Source: Idiomarina loihiensis L2TR (lineage in GTDB: Bacteria > Pseudomonadota > Gammaproteobacteria > Enterobacterales > Alteromonadaceae). From it: a stretch of 32,000 nucleotides of DNA. A program made the translations under genes and the position numbers. Of this stretch, positions 1 through 9,389 are shown piece by piece. Position 1 is the stretch's first letter. Every line of letters starts with the position of its first letter. Location: the NCBI RefSeq assembly GCF_000008465.1, contig NC_006512.1, positions 1,680,001 to 1,712,000 on the forward strand, in the 5' to 3' direction. The notes below the pieces were generated by a model. The model searched no databases and had not been told where the DNA came from. It saw nothing but the letters and a program-made list of their open reading frames with translations.

Positions 1-371
1 AATTTCTGATAAGTTTCTGAGGCCTTCAGTTCCGGGTAGTTCTCGACAGTAACGTTAAGGCTTTTAAGCAGTTCGCCAGTTCTGGCTTCCGCCTGCTCAA
101 GCTTAGCCGTATCGACTTTACCACTATCCAGACCCTGCAGAGCACTACGCAGTTCGGTCACTTTGGTCAAAGTGCCCTGTTCGAACTCTTTATAATCTTT
201 CACGACATCTTCTAAGTGCGGAATAATTTTATTTTTTTGACGCTCTTGTGTAATAACGTTAGCCCATGCTCTCTCGACAGCATTTGCGCGGCTAATAATG
301 GCGTTATATATCGCAATAACGGCTATTACTAAAACAAGGGCTATGCCAATGGCTATCCATGTTCCTGTCAT
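1..371 (-). CDS. lemA: LemA family protein (N-terminal ~123 aa; 3' end runs off the window)
   Basis: Absent from the ORF track because the window edge truncates it. Minus-strand ATG at 371-369, with AGGAG at 383-379 (7-nt spacer). My translation is MTGTWIAIGIALVLVIAVIAIYNAIISRANAVERAWANVITQERQKNKIIPHLEDVVKDYKEFEQGTL... This gives one N-terminal TM helix followed by the YN-x-aliphatic...V..AW..V..Q..R...IP.L pattern typical of LemA. Confidence 0.8.
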   Translation of the reverse strand, partial: MTGTWIAIGIALVLVIAVIAIYNAIISRANAVERAWANVITQERQKNKIIPHLEDVVKDYKEFEQGTLTKVTELRSALQGLDSGKVDTAKLEQAEARTGELLKSLNVTVENYPELKASETYQK

Positions 372-381
372 TTTTTTACTC

Positions 382-1425
382 CTAAAAGTTACTGTCCAGT
401 TTGGTCATTACATAGTGGATAAAATCAAGCGATGTCTTTAATTTTGCAAACTCCTGCTCGCCATCCAAGGCTTCAATAAATGCCTCATAGTCGCATATCT
501 TAGCCTCTTTCGTTGTAGCAATAAGGTCTTTATCCGCAAACGAAAGACACAAGTCACCGGCGTCATTCACCTCGAAATTCACTTGCGATAATACCTCAGA
601 GAACTCTTCAAAAGCGATAACCACGGTTGGTTTCATCGCTTTTGCAGCTTCTAATTCACTGGCTGCAACCACTTTAAATTCTTTGTTAAAACGGTTGGAA
701 GCTGGCTTATAAGTGGCTTTTCCTGCCCCCGGAAGGCCAAAACCTACAACAGCAACATTGCGTAACAAGCCAAAAGGCAAAATAAGCCCGTAGCGATCAT
801 AATGATCGTACACTTTCTTTCTGCGTGTTCTTACCTCACCTTTGCTGTCCGTATAGGTTTCAGTGACAATCCGCTCATCAACATAGTGAAAGTGATAATA
901 CTGATACTGAAACGAATATTCGCTGCCACTGTAGCTTCCATCATAAAGCGCACGAATTTCACGTTTGTAATTCCCCCGATTAAAATCACTGAAGCGCTGC
1001 TGGAACTCATTTGATGCGGCTCTGCTTTCAAATACAGCGGGCGACAAGTCGTTGTCCAGTAAACCATCGCGTTGCAGTAAAGCATGCGACGCCTTTGCCA
1101 TCAGCCTGCCCGGGTAAAAAGCAGTTATTCCGGCAACCAAAGTTAAAACACTACCTACGGCCAGAATAATCCAGGTACTTTGCTGAAAGCGTTGCCACTG
1201 AGACCAGTCCCAGTAAGTTAATGCGGCAGTTGCTAACAAAAACACGGCAAAAGCTATCCAGTAAGCTTTCATATTAAACTGGTAGCTTCCGGAAAAACCT
1301 TTCAAGTCATCAATAACCGCGTCGAGATTCTCTCGGGTACGGCTGTTATGCGCCTGCGTTTCAGTGCGCTTTAGCAATTCAATAAGGGCTTTGTTGTTTT
1401 TCTGATAGAGCACGGCAATCAACAT
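382..1425 (-). CDS. LemA-linked two-TM membrane protein of unknown function (possibly DUF3137-type)
   Basis: 347-aa ORF with ATG at 1425. Its TAG stop (384-382) lies inside the lemA Shine-Dalgarno, so the two genes are co-transcribed. Two adjacent hydrophobic helices (WIAFAVFLLATAALTYW and WIILAVGSVLTLVAGITAFY) precede a ~230-aa soluble region. The family name is recalled from memory and not verifiable here. Confidence 0.6.
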   Translation of the reverse strand: MLIAVLYQKNNKALIELLKRTETQAHNSRTRENLDAVIDDLKGFSGSYQFNMKAYWIAFAVFLLATAALTYWDWSQWQRFQQSTWIILAVGSVLTLVAGITAFYPGRLMAKASHALLQRDGLLDNDLSPAVFESRAASNEFQQRFSDFNRGNYKREIRALYDGSYSGSEYSFQYQYYHFHYVDERIVTETYTDSKGEVRTRRKKVYDHYDRYGLILPFGLLRNVAVVGFGLPGAGKATYKPASNRFNKEFKVVAASELEAAKAMKPTVVIAFEEFSEVLSQVNFEVNDAGDLCLSFADKDLIATTKEAKICDYEAFIEALDGEQEFAKLKTSLDFIHYVMTKLDSNF

Positions 1426-1626
1426 AGGAATTAGTTAAAAATAGGTGTCCAGTTTAATGCTTCGGTCTTTTCGGTACCAGTTAATATTTGTAAAACCAGC
1501 CCTTAACAGACTCATTTTATGAGTGTAAATGGCGCTAAAAAATTAAGCTTAACTAAATGCGCTTTTATAATTTCTGCTAAGATGCTTAGCTCCTATGCAA
1601 ATAAAGACGCCATTAAGAGGTAATTA

Positions 1627-2562
1627 ATGAAAGCTGTCATACTCGATGCAGAAACCCTGGGCAAGGGAATTGATCTCTCCGCTATTGAAAAGTCCGTCGA
1701 CGAACTGGTTTTATATGATTCAACAACGACCGAACAGCTTAATGAGCGAATTAACGATGCTGAAATTGTTATCACAAATAAAGTCGTTATTAATGAACAG
1801 GCCCTTGAGTCCGCTGAACAGTTAAAGCTAATTTGCGTGTTAGCCACGGGAATGAACAATATCGACTTAGCTGCAGCAGAAAAGCTGAATATTCCGGTTA
1901 GAAATGTTGAGGCTTACGGTACACAAAGCGTGGTTCAGCATACTTTGATGATGATGCTTTCGCTGGCGACTAAGCAACCCGTTATGCAAAAACGCGTTGC
2001 CGCCGGTGACTGGCAAAGTTCCTCCATGTTCTGCCTGTTAGACCCATCCATTATTCAACTGGCCGGCAAGAAGCTAGTTATTGTTGGTTCTGGTGAGCTC
2101 GGCCAGGAGGTTAAAACTATGGCAGAAGCTTTGGGGATGCACGTTGAGTTCTCAGCACGCCCCGGAAAGAAAGATGACCCGCGTCCATCACTAAATGAGC
2201 TACTACCTTCTGCAGACGTTATCTCTTTTCACTGTCCGTTAACGAATGACACCAAAAATTTGCTTAACGCAGATAATCTCGAACTTTGTAAAAAAGACGC
2301 TCTGATTATTAATAATGCCCGAGGTGGTGTTATCAATGAACAGGATGTAACCGAAGCGCTACGAGCGGGAAAAATTGGCGGTGTTGCCGCTGATGTTTTG
2401 CCTCAGGAACCACCTAAAGATGGCAACCCCTTGTTGGATGCGATGAACGAAGGATTAAACCTGATTGTCACGCCTCACAACGCCTGGACATCACCTGAAG
2501 CGCGGCAGCGTATTGTAGAGCTTACTGCCGAAAATATTCAGAGTACTCAGGGAAAGAACTAA
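1627..2562 (+). CDS. D-isomer-specific 2-hydroxyacid dehydrogenase (glycerate dehydrogenase / hydroxypyruvate reductase-like)
   Basis: 311-aa ORF with an AAGAGG SD upstream of the ATG. It has the Rossmann motif KKLVIVGSGELGQEV (GxGxxG) and the family-typical NNARG and VTPHNAW (catalytic His) segments. Confidence 0.85.
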   Translation: MKAVILDAETLGKGIDLSAIEKSVDELVLYDSTTTEQLNERINDAEIVITNKVVINEQALESAEQLKLICVLATGMNNIDLAAAEKLNIPVRNVEAYGTQSVVQHTLMMMLSLATKQPVMQKRVAAGDWQSSSMFCLLDPSIIQLAGKKLVIVGSGELGQEVKTMAEALGMHVEFSARPGKKDDPRPSLNELLPSADVISFHCPLTNDTKNLLNADNLELCKKDALIINNARGGVINEQDVTEALRAGKIGGVAADVLPQEPPKDGNPLLDAMNEGLNLIVTPHNAWTSPEARQRIVELTAENIQSTQGKN

Positions 2563-2588
2563 AACTTGAGTTAACTTCGAATATTAAT

Positions 2589-2619
2589 GTGTTGGCAGCT
2601 GTTTTCACGCTGCCAACAC
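2589..2619. terminator. Perfect 11-bp inverted repeat between convergent genes (probable bidirectional terminator hairpin)
   Basis: GTGTTGGCAGC (2589-2599), loop tgttttcac, GCTGCCAACAC (2609-2619). It lies between the stop of the dehydrogenase (2562) and the stop of the MORN gene (2648). The flanking ATTAAT arms extend the stem. There is no clean T-tract. Confidence 0.5.
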
Positions 2620-2647
2620 GTATTAATCAAGGTTAATAAGCTTTCGT

Positions 2648-4372
2648 TTAAGGGAATTCACTCAGTTCAAATTCATCCTCAAAGCGCTCCTCTTTCAACC
2701 GGCCATCCTCGTAAACCGAGATTGAAAACGGTTGCCCTGACTGAGTATAAGACCAGCTTTTTCCATGTCGCCTGTCTCTCTTATACTCGCTGATATTGTA
2801 TAACGCGCCTTCATCAGTGAAGTTGACAACAATACCGTCCAGGTAGCCTTCACTATCGAATGACTCAACGCCACGCAAGTAACCTTGTGGAGAGTAAGTA
2901 CGCCACTCCCCTACTTTAACGCCGTTTTCATAGCTTCCCCGGGATATTTCATAAGGCGCATAGCCAAGAGCAACTTGCCACTCTCCCTCGCGTTTCCCTT
3001 CGACATACTTGCCTTCAACAACGATTTCACCGTCGGCGTATTCCTGATAAGTCCCGTCTAACAAGTCGTCTTTATAGTGCTCGCGTAAACGCAAATCACC
3101 ATTTTCACCATAGACTTCACGGACACCATCAAGCTTACCCTCTTGGTCGTAATGCTCGTTTATCTCACCGTAGCTGTCTTTTGAAACCCATTCACCGACT
3201 TTCTTACCATGGTCGTATTCACCGGACGTCGTAACCTTTCCGTCTTTATCCGTTATCGTATAAGGCCCATGCCGTTTACCTTCAACGAAACGAACTTTTT
3301 CCAGACCATTTCCATATCGGGAAATATAAAGGCCATGCAGATCGTAGCCTTTAAACTCGCGGCGGTCTCGCACGTTTCCATCTTCGTCATAGCTTTCGTT
3401 TAACCGCCAGCTATTATCAACAGCTTGACGATTTAAGCGAGTCAGTTGCTCCGAGTCGTTGTACCATTTTTTCTCTTCGACTAAACCATGCTCAGCGGTT
3501 TCAACATGTTCCATTGAGCGTGTTAACTGACCGCTTTCATCATAGCTACGGGATGTAAGCAGCTTTCCATCATCGTTACGCTTTTCATATTGCCTTAGCT
3601 CGCCGTTCTCGTAATACAGCTTAGTTTCGCCTACTCGTTTACGATTTTTATATTCTTGCGTTCGTTTAACCGAACCATCCTCATAATAGTCCGTTGACAA
3701 ACCATTGAGCACACCGTCCTTATAAAAGGATTCTTTAACCAAATTCCCTTCAAAGTCCCAACGTTTTCCTATTCCTTGCTCAACATCATCTTTATATTCA
3801 GCTTCATACTTAACCTGACCATTTTCATAATAATGACGCATCAAACCATTACGTTCACCGTCTTTCATGGTTTTTTCGGTCAATAAGTAACCTGTCGACG
3901 CATAAGTTCTGTAAGGTCCATTGAGCTCACCATCTTTATAGGTCATCTCACGTTTTTTATGACCATTTTTGGAGTAAACGGTGGTTTCACCTTGCTGTTC
4001 ACCATTAGTATCCCGCTGACCTTCCGATCTTAAAACACCAGATTCAAAGTAGGTTTTATACGGCCCAATCGCTATGGCCTCAGCAAAATTAAGGGAATCA
4101 GCACCGGTTTCATAATAAGGCCCGCCATCAATGTAGTTGATATACAGGCGAAAACCGTCGTCTGTTTTTTCTACTTTATCTAATAAATATTCGGCTTCAC
4201 TTCTGTCATCTGTTGGCTGTAATTCATCATCCAGCCATTTAATTGACTTCTCAGCTTCAGCCACTGTTTTCGGCACTTCATTATTCTGACCATTTTGCTC
4301 GGCAGAAAATGCAAAGGCATTAGACACAATTAAACTGGAAGCGATAGCAAAAAGTACTTTACTGAAAGTCAT
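2648..4372 (-). CDS. Secreted MORN-repeat-variant (YwqK-like) repeat protein
   Basis: 574-aa ORF with signal peptide MTFSKVLFAIASSLIVSNAFA. Many tandem ~23-aa repeats of the form Y(Y/K)xNG/DGxx...G are present (YYENGQVKYEAEYKDD, YYEDGSVKRTQEYKN, YYENGELRQYEKRND, YKDGELNGPYRTY, and others). Confidence 0.8.
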   Translation of the reverse strand: MTFSKVLFAIASSLIVSNAFAFSAEQNGQNNEVPKTVAEAEKSIKWLDDELQPTDDRSEAEYLLDKVEKTDDGFRLYINYIDGGPYYETGADSLNFAEAIAIGPYKTYFESGVLRSEGQRDTNGEQQGETTVYSKNGHKKREMTYKDGELNGPYRTYASTGYLLTEKTMKDGERNGLMRHYYENGQVKYEAEYKDDVEQGIGKRWDFEGNLVKESFYKDGVLNGLSTDYYEDGSVKRTQEYKNRKRVGETKLYYENGELRQYEKRNDDGKLLTSRSYDESGQLTRSMEHVETAEHGLVEEKKWYNDSEQLTRLNRQAVDNSWRLNESYDEDGNVRDRREFKGYDLHGLYISRYGNGLEKVRFVEGKRHGPYTITDKDGKVTTSGEYDHGKKVGEWVSKDSYGEINEHYDQEGKLDGVREVYGENGDLRLREHYKDDLLDGTYQEYADGEIVVEGKYVEGKREGEWQVALGYAPYEISRGSYENGVKVGEWRTYSPQGYLRGVESFDSEGYLDGIVVNFTDEGALYNISEYKRDRRHGKSWSYTQSGQPFSISVYEDGRLKEERFEDEFELSEFP

Positions 4373-6687
4373 TAATTGGCCTCCTGTAAAGATTCAAAAT
4401 CAGGCATAGGGGGCAGTTGGTGAGTCCATTCTTTTGTTACCGGGTCACCTTTAGCAATAAGTTGCTCAACTTTGTCTACTCGCCCACCAATACGTAAAAA
4501 ACCGTCATCGGACACAAATTCACTAAACTCTGAATTTAAGTAGTCGACAGAATAGCCTCCATCGTTCTGCGGCAAGACTGCTAACGCCTTTCCTTTGGCG
4601 TTCAAAAAACGATATTTTCTTAAGAACTCACTCATAGCAACTTCAGCTTGCTGTTCGTCCCAGTCTTCCCCCAGCAAAGATTCAACCGGAATCATCCAGC
4701 TCTTTTCACCTAAGGCAATATCGACTGGCTGCCATTCCGGCTGCCCGTCACAACGAAGCTCTAAGGCTACTTCAGTATCATAAAAAAAACGCTGCACACC
4801 ATCGTCTGTCATTAATTGATAGACCACTTTTTTCGGCATTTTTAAATGCGAAACAACATTACGTCTATTGGGATCAGCGTTTTCTCTCATGACCCGCTTG
4901 TGTTTATTTCCCTTACTTTTAGCCTCGGTATTCAACTCACAAACACCCGCCTGTTCAGGGCTTAGAGTTAAGTACAGCTGAGCTCGGTCAAAACTGGTAG
5001 GCTCTAATTCATCCAATGTCGATGTCGAGAACTCAAGATCCCGGTCATTAACTGAGACTGCCATCTCATCCGACTTGAACAAAGGAACGGTATCAACCGG
5101 GGCAATTGAGGTATCACTTCTAAGCGTTTCTTCATCATAAAAAACAATTTTCTTCTCAGAAGTTTTATTGTCTGTAACACGGTTGAATTTAAGTTCAATT
5201 GTCTCAGGCAATTCGTCCTCAAAAGCTATTCTCAGAGTTACCGCATAGTCGCCTCGTTTGGCAATAGCTAAAGCGCGGCTCTCTGCACTAGATACCCAGT
5301 TAGGTGCCGATGCATCTGTGTCGTAATTTAAAACTGCCCGGCTAACCCCATTTATCTGACTATCGAAATAAGAGTCATTAGTGGCTGTTAATTTCAGTTC
5401 AAACTCTTTGTCCTTTTTAGTGGGAGTCAAAATCGCTTTAGCGCCATGCATTTCTATGCTCGAGCCGTCTTTATCTATTGGAAACTCAACAATTTCATAG
5501 CTTGTTTCATAGCGTTCCAGAGTCGCTTCTATTGATGTCATTTGCTCAAGATCATCAACGACATCTGTCCAGCCCAAAGGGAGTAAATGTATTAACGTTT
5601 CTGATTTTTCGTTACGACTGTCTGTATAGGTGAAAACCCCGTTTTCATGAAGCTTAATATCAAGAGCATCCCCTTTACTATCTTTAGCGATAAGGTCTTT
5701 CACTTTTATCGACATCGAGCCCATACTTTCAAAACTTACCCCGGGATGGCTATATGTCAAAGAAATACGACCGCCGTAAAAATCCATTTTTCCTGAGTCA
5801 TTAGCTAATACTTCTGCATCGGTCGCTTTGTTGTTTGAGTTAAGTTCGCTAAAGTCTGTATTATCGATGGTAAAAGGCTCGTCATAACCTAAATGCTCGA
5901 GGTTCTGACCATACAGCCAGTCTTCAGGGAAAATTGACGTCACCATTCGCATTGAGCCATCAGATACCGCAGCTTCTTCAGGAAGAGGCATATCCATAAT
6001 CATGGTTAAACGCTGAGTCCAGCCAGTGTCACGTTCCAGCACAACGTAGCCGAACACTTTTGCCTCATTATTTTCACCTGAAGCAGATAAGGTCACCGTG
6101 CTGTCAGTAAAGTCTTCAACCGTAAAGGTAATTTCAGGTAAAGGACTTTTGAGTTCTAAAACCTGAGTCGCGCCTTTTTCAACTTTTAAGTCATTAATAA
6201 AACCCGGGCGCCCCAACTCATCATTTAATATTTCCTGCAAAGGGTCTATTCCCTGCTTGCGGAAGTCCTCAGGCTCTTCATGAATAGTAAAGTCCACCAT
6301 TGCACTGGTGTCTTTATCAATATCAACCGTGAACCCGGCATCCATCATTTTCCGAATGCTATCGCCAGAACTTCCACGACCGTCATCTTCAAAGCTCGTG
6401 AAATCACCCTGAGGAAATTCCATCCTCATATACTGGGGTCTCATTCTTATACTGTAGATATCCGGTTTATCGGACACTTCATAGTCCAGTAACATCATAG
6501 TTTTGAGTCTTTCTGAACGGTTGCCGTAATGCTTACTCTCAACCTTGATGTTGGTATCCGAGTACATTTGATACCGTCGCTGCTCACCGTCATCGGGGTT
6601 AAACGATAAGGTCTTTGGAGGGCCGCTTTCAGAACAAGCTACAACAAGAAGAGCTGAAAAAGCCACGAATGATAGACGCCCTAACAT
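4372..6687 (-). CDS. Large lipoprotein, function unknown
   Basis: 771-aa ORF with signal peptide plus lipobox (MLGRLSFVAFSALLVVAC|SES). The stop TAA (4374-4372) shares nt 4372 with the ATG of the downstream MORN gene (TAATG overlap). I recognise no catalytic or family motif. Confidence 0.75.
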   Translation of the reverse strand: MLGRLSFVAFSALLVVACSESGPPKTLSFNPDDGEQRRYQMYSDTNIKVESKHYGNRSERLKTMMLLDYEVSDKPDIYSIRMRPQYMRMEFPQGDFTSFEDDGRGSSGDSIRKMMDAGFTVDIDKDTSAMVDFTIHEEPEDFRKQGIDPLQEILNDELGRPGFINDLKVEKGATQVLELKSPLPEITFTVEDFTDSTVTLSASGENNEAKVFGYVVLERDTGWTQRLTMIMDMPLPEEAAVSDGSMRMVTSIFPEDWLYGQNLEHLGYDEPFTIDNTDFSELNSNNKATDAEVLANDSGKMDFYGGRISLTYSHPGVSFESMGSMSIKVKDLIAKDSKGDALDIKLHENGVFTYTDSRNEKSETLIHLLPLGWTDVVDDLEQMTSIEATLERYETSYEIVEFPIDKDGSSIEMHGAKAILTPTKKDKEFELKLTATNDSYFDSQINGVSRAVLNYDTDASAPNWVSSAESRALAIAKRGDYAVTLRIAFEDELPETIELKFNRVTDNKTSEKKIVFYDEETLRSDTSIAPVDTVPLFKSDEMAVSVNDRDLEFSTSTLDELEPTSFDRAQLYLTLSPEQAGVCELNTEAKSKGNKHKRVMRENADPNRRNVVSHLKMPKKVVYQLMTDDGVQRFFYDTEVALELRCDGQPEWQPVDIALGEKSWMIPVESLLGEDWDEQQAEVAMSEFLRKYRFLNAKGKALAVLPQNDGGYSVDYLNSEFSEFVSDDGFLRIGGRVDKVEQLIAKGDPVTKEWTHQLPPMPDFESLQEAN

Positions 6688-6813
6688 AAGCTTCCTTAAA
6701 ATTTATAAATGAATATGAATAAAGTCATATGATAAGCAGTATTAAATTTTGGCTCAATACAGTCCTCAGGCCTTAACAGATTCTTTACACTGATAACTCA
6801 ATTAGGTGATTAC

Positions 6814-7164
6814 TTAATATGACCAGTCGCCCTGTTCTTCCACCAATACAGTCTCATTATTTTGAATAACCTGAAGCAAACCTGATTCAAAAACTTTATA
6901 AGTCGTATTTCCGTTTTTGAATTGATATCCCTGAAAACGGCAAGGAGTCACTCCGTCAGCACAAAGTGAATGCAGTGTTTTGCCTTTAAGTTCTATGCGG
7001 TTACCTGATATTTTCGAGACTCCGACATAACTCACGTTATCGCATGTGACAGAGCCTTCCTGACAGTGACGCTCAATTTCAACAATATAGTGTTCTGTTG
7101 TCAGCGTATCTCCAAATGCTGCACCAGATAATATGAATACACTTAATAACATAAATTTTTTCAT
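6814..7164 (-). CDS. Small exported protein with four Cys, function unknown
   Basis: 116-aa ORF with signal peptide MKKFMLLSVFILSGAAFG. Four Cys fall in two C-x6-C pairs (CQEGSVTC and CADGVTPC). The ATG (7164) directly abuts the benE stop TAG (7167-7165). Confidence 0.65.
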   Translation of the reverse strand: MKKFMLLSVFILSGAAFGDTLTTEHYIVEIERHCQEGSVTCDNVSYVGVSKISGNRIELKGKTLHSLCADGVTPCRFQGYQFKNGNTTYKVFESGLLQVIQNNETVLVEEQGDWSY

Positions 7165-8211
7165 CTACTTTTCCCTGCTTACATTACTCAGAAAATAATA
7201 ACCGGCCAAACCAATTAATAAGCCCCAGAATGAACTGTTAATACCTAAGAAATTGATGCCGGATGCTGTAACAATAAAAGCCATAACCGAAGCCAGCAAA
7301 GTCTCTTCATGACTAAATGCCTGGCGGAAATTAACAGCAAGCACCGGTAACAAAGCTAAGCCAGCCAGAGCCGATGTCGCTTCGGTTGGTAAAGCCAGAA
7401 ACAACCCAACAATTAATGACCCGGCAAGCCCGGCAATGATATAGAAGACGCCGGCCGCCATAGCTGCTTTGTAACGCTGACTACGATCGGTATCGGCATC
7501 TGCGGTTTGACAAATAGCGGCGGTAATTGCGGCCAGGTTTATTGCGAAAGCCCCAAGCGGAGCCATAATGACACCGAATAATCCGGTCACCCGTAACAGC
7601 GGCGACAGTGGCACCGCATAGCCATTACTGCGCAGCATCATAATGCCCGGCAGGTTCTGGGAAACCATAGTGACAACATATAAAGGAATCCCAACTCCAA
7701 CCAGTAAAGAGAAGTTAAACTCAGGCCATACCCAGACCCAATCGGGGGCGGAGACAATCAACTGGCTTGCATCAAACTGCTTTGTCAGCACCGGCAAGCC
7801 CACTGCAGCCAGCAACACCCAGAAAAAAACCAGCTTAGGTGTCAGCTTCCGCATCACAAAATAAACAATGACTAAAGTTGCAGTAATTAAAGGCTGATTA
7901 TCAAAGGCCGGAACTAAAGCCAACACAAACTTAAGTAAAATGCCGGCCAATATAGCAGCCGCTATTTCGACCGGAATGTATTTTAATAGCCGGTCAGAAA
8001 TACCGCTTAGGCCACTAAGTAAAATTAAACCCGATGAAAAAATGAAAATGCCGACCGCCTCGGCGACTGAAACACCGGCAAGGGCTATAATGAGCAGGGC
8101 AACACCCGGTGTAGACCATGCCGTCAGTATCGGGGCTTTGTACCGCCACGAGAGAAGAATACTGCTTAGCCCCATAGCTAAACCTAAGGCGAGCAACCAG
8201 GAACTCTGCAA
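7165..8211 (-). CDS. benE: Benzoate/H+ symporter BenE-family transporter (main body; the N-terminal helix is in another frame, see next feature)
   Basis: The 348-aa polytopic membrane ORF is co-linear with E. coli BenE as I recall it (ALGLAMG...P(I/V)LTAWSTPG(A/V)ALL..., VTMxSQNxPG, AAITAAICQ, FWGL). The track start at 8211 is a TTG with no SD. The true N-terminus is upstream in a different frame. Confidence 0.8.
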   Translation of the reverse strand: MQSSWLLALGLAMGLSSILLSWRYKAPILTAWSTPGVALLIIALAGVSVAEAVGIFIFSSGLILLSGLSGISDRLLKYIPVEIAAAILAGILLKFVLALVPAFDNQPLITATLVIVYFVMRKLTPKLVFFWVLLAAVGLPVLTKQFDASQLIVSAPDWVWVWPEFNFSLLVGVGIPLYVVTMVSQNLPGIMMLRSNGYAVPLSPLLRVTGLFGVIMAPLGAFAINLAAITAAICQTADADTDRSQRYKAAMAAGVFYIIAGLAGSLIVGLFLALPTEATSALAGLALLPVLAVNFRQAFSHEETLLASVMAFIVTASGINFLGINSSFWGLLIGLAGYYFLSNVSREK

Positions 8212-8324
8212 CTCAACCGAGCCATTGAGGCTTTTACGGCTTCCAGAATTAAAACAACCGCACTGCTGTAACCAACAAAAACCGCTGTCGCCCCAGCCAT
8301 AATATGAGAAATGGAAAACCTCAT
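8184..8324 (-). pseudogene. benE: benE N-terminal fragment, out of frame with the body of the gene
   Basis: ATG at 8324 translates to MRFSISHIMAGATAVFVGYSSAVVLILEAVKAS..., which matches the BenE N-terminal helix (..LAGFLAVLIGYASSAAII.. in E. coli). It then hits TAG at 8186-8184. The GY-to-AMG distance is 98 nt, against 99 nt (33 codons) in E. coli BenE, so one base is missing. The T4 run at 8232-8235 is the likely site. Confidence 0.6.
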
Positions 8325-8345
8325 GGCACTTCCTTTGTGGTCTGT

Positions 8346-9140
8346 TTATATCGCTTCGTTTCTTCTGCGTATTTTAATTCTATTAATTGAAGCCACTAAT
8401 ACGAAGCTCAGTAGCATTAATAAAAACCAGGAGCTTAATTTGGCAAGCGGCACCATTTGCCACTCGCCAGACTGGTTCGGATAAATCCAGATATTGGCAT
8501 AAGTGGCAATATTTTCAGCAAACCAGATAAATAGCGCAACCAGGAACCATCCCAGTAAAATAGGCATACTACGATGTGTGCTGTTGATTTTGTAATAAAT
8601 AGCTGTCCGATAAAACAGAAAGAATGTAAAAGCCAGTAAAACCCAGCGCATATCCCAAATATAGTGGTGACTAAAAAAGTTGATATAAACCAGAGTTACT
8701 AACACCAAAGTGAGGCTCTTGGGCGGATAATAAGAGTATTCAAATTCGAAGATGCGCCAGACCCGGGCAATATAACTTCCAACGGCACTATACATGAACC
8801 CTGTAAATAGAGGCACGTTGGCAATACCAAAGACATAATCTTCCGGATAAACCCAGGCACCTATTGCGTCTGAGGTTTTAAACAACTCCATAATCGTTGC
8901 TACAATATGGAACACCAGAATGACAACGCATTCACGCAGAGTCTCAAGCCTGAAGACTAGAAGAAGAATTTGAAAGCCGATGGCGGCCAGGAAAATGAAA
9001 TCGTAACGATGTAATGCTTCCAGCGGATACCAGAACTTGGTTATCAACATGAGTGCCAGTAAAAAACCACCGAAAACACAGGCGTAAGCTTGTTTTACAC
9101 CAAATAACCACAGTTCCTTTGCAAACGTTTTGATGTCCAT
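8346..9140 (-). CDS. DUF817-family integral membrane protein
   Basis: 264-aa polytopic ORF carrying the strings I associate with DUF817/YoaT proteins: [53 protein letters not shown]. Confidence 0.75.
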   Translation of the reverse strand: MDIKTFAKELWLFGVKQAYACVFGGFLLALMLITKFWYPLEALHRYDFIFLAAIGFQILLLVFRLETLRECVVILVFHIVATIMELFKTSDAIGAWVYPEDYVFGIANVPLFTGFMYSAVGSYIARVWRIFEFEYSYYPPKSLTLVLVTLVYINFFSHHYIWDMRWVLLAFTFFLFYRTAIYYKINSTHRSMPILLGWFLVALFIWFAENIATYANIWIYPNQSGEWQMVPLAKLSSWFLLMLLSFVLVASINRIKIRRRNEAI

Positions 9141-9164
9141 ATCTTCTATCCAGAGAGTTCAGAA

Positions 9165-9197
9165 CAGGTAAGGCACTGAATAATAATGCCTTACCTG
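9165..9197. repeat. Perfect 11-bp inverted repeat in the DUF817 / dehalogenase divergent intergenic region
   Basis: CAGGTAAGGCA (9165-9175), 11-nt AT-rich loop, TGCCTTACCTG (9187-9197). It sits 25-57 nt upstream of the DUF817 ATG. Confidence 0.6.
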
Positions 9198-9389
9198 CCG
9201 ACAATTTAGAAGCTAATGGTAACACCAAACCAGAAGTTTCTGGCTTTATCTTTCACCTTGTGAACATCCATAAAAACAACTTCACTAAAGGTACCTGGTC
9301 GATGACATACTCAAACAAATTAAAGCGAGCTAAATCCGTATTTTTTTCGTAGAAGAAGAACCTGTATTTTAAGTAGCTGGAGTGTAGTT

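Noticed and set aside
2587-2793. 68-aa plus-strand ORF spanning the 2589-2619 hairpin and the 3' end of the MORN gene
   Set aside because: It starts inside the terminator palindrome and runs antisense to a well-supported gene.
7643-8302. Plus-strand ORFs 7643..7864 and 7940..8302
   Set aside because: They lie antisense within benE. Their composition is typical of reverse-frame reading of a membrane protein gene.
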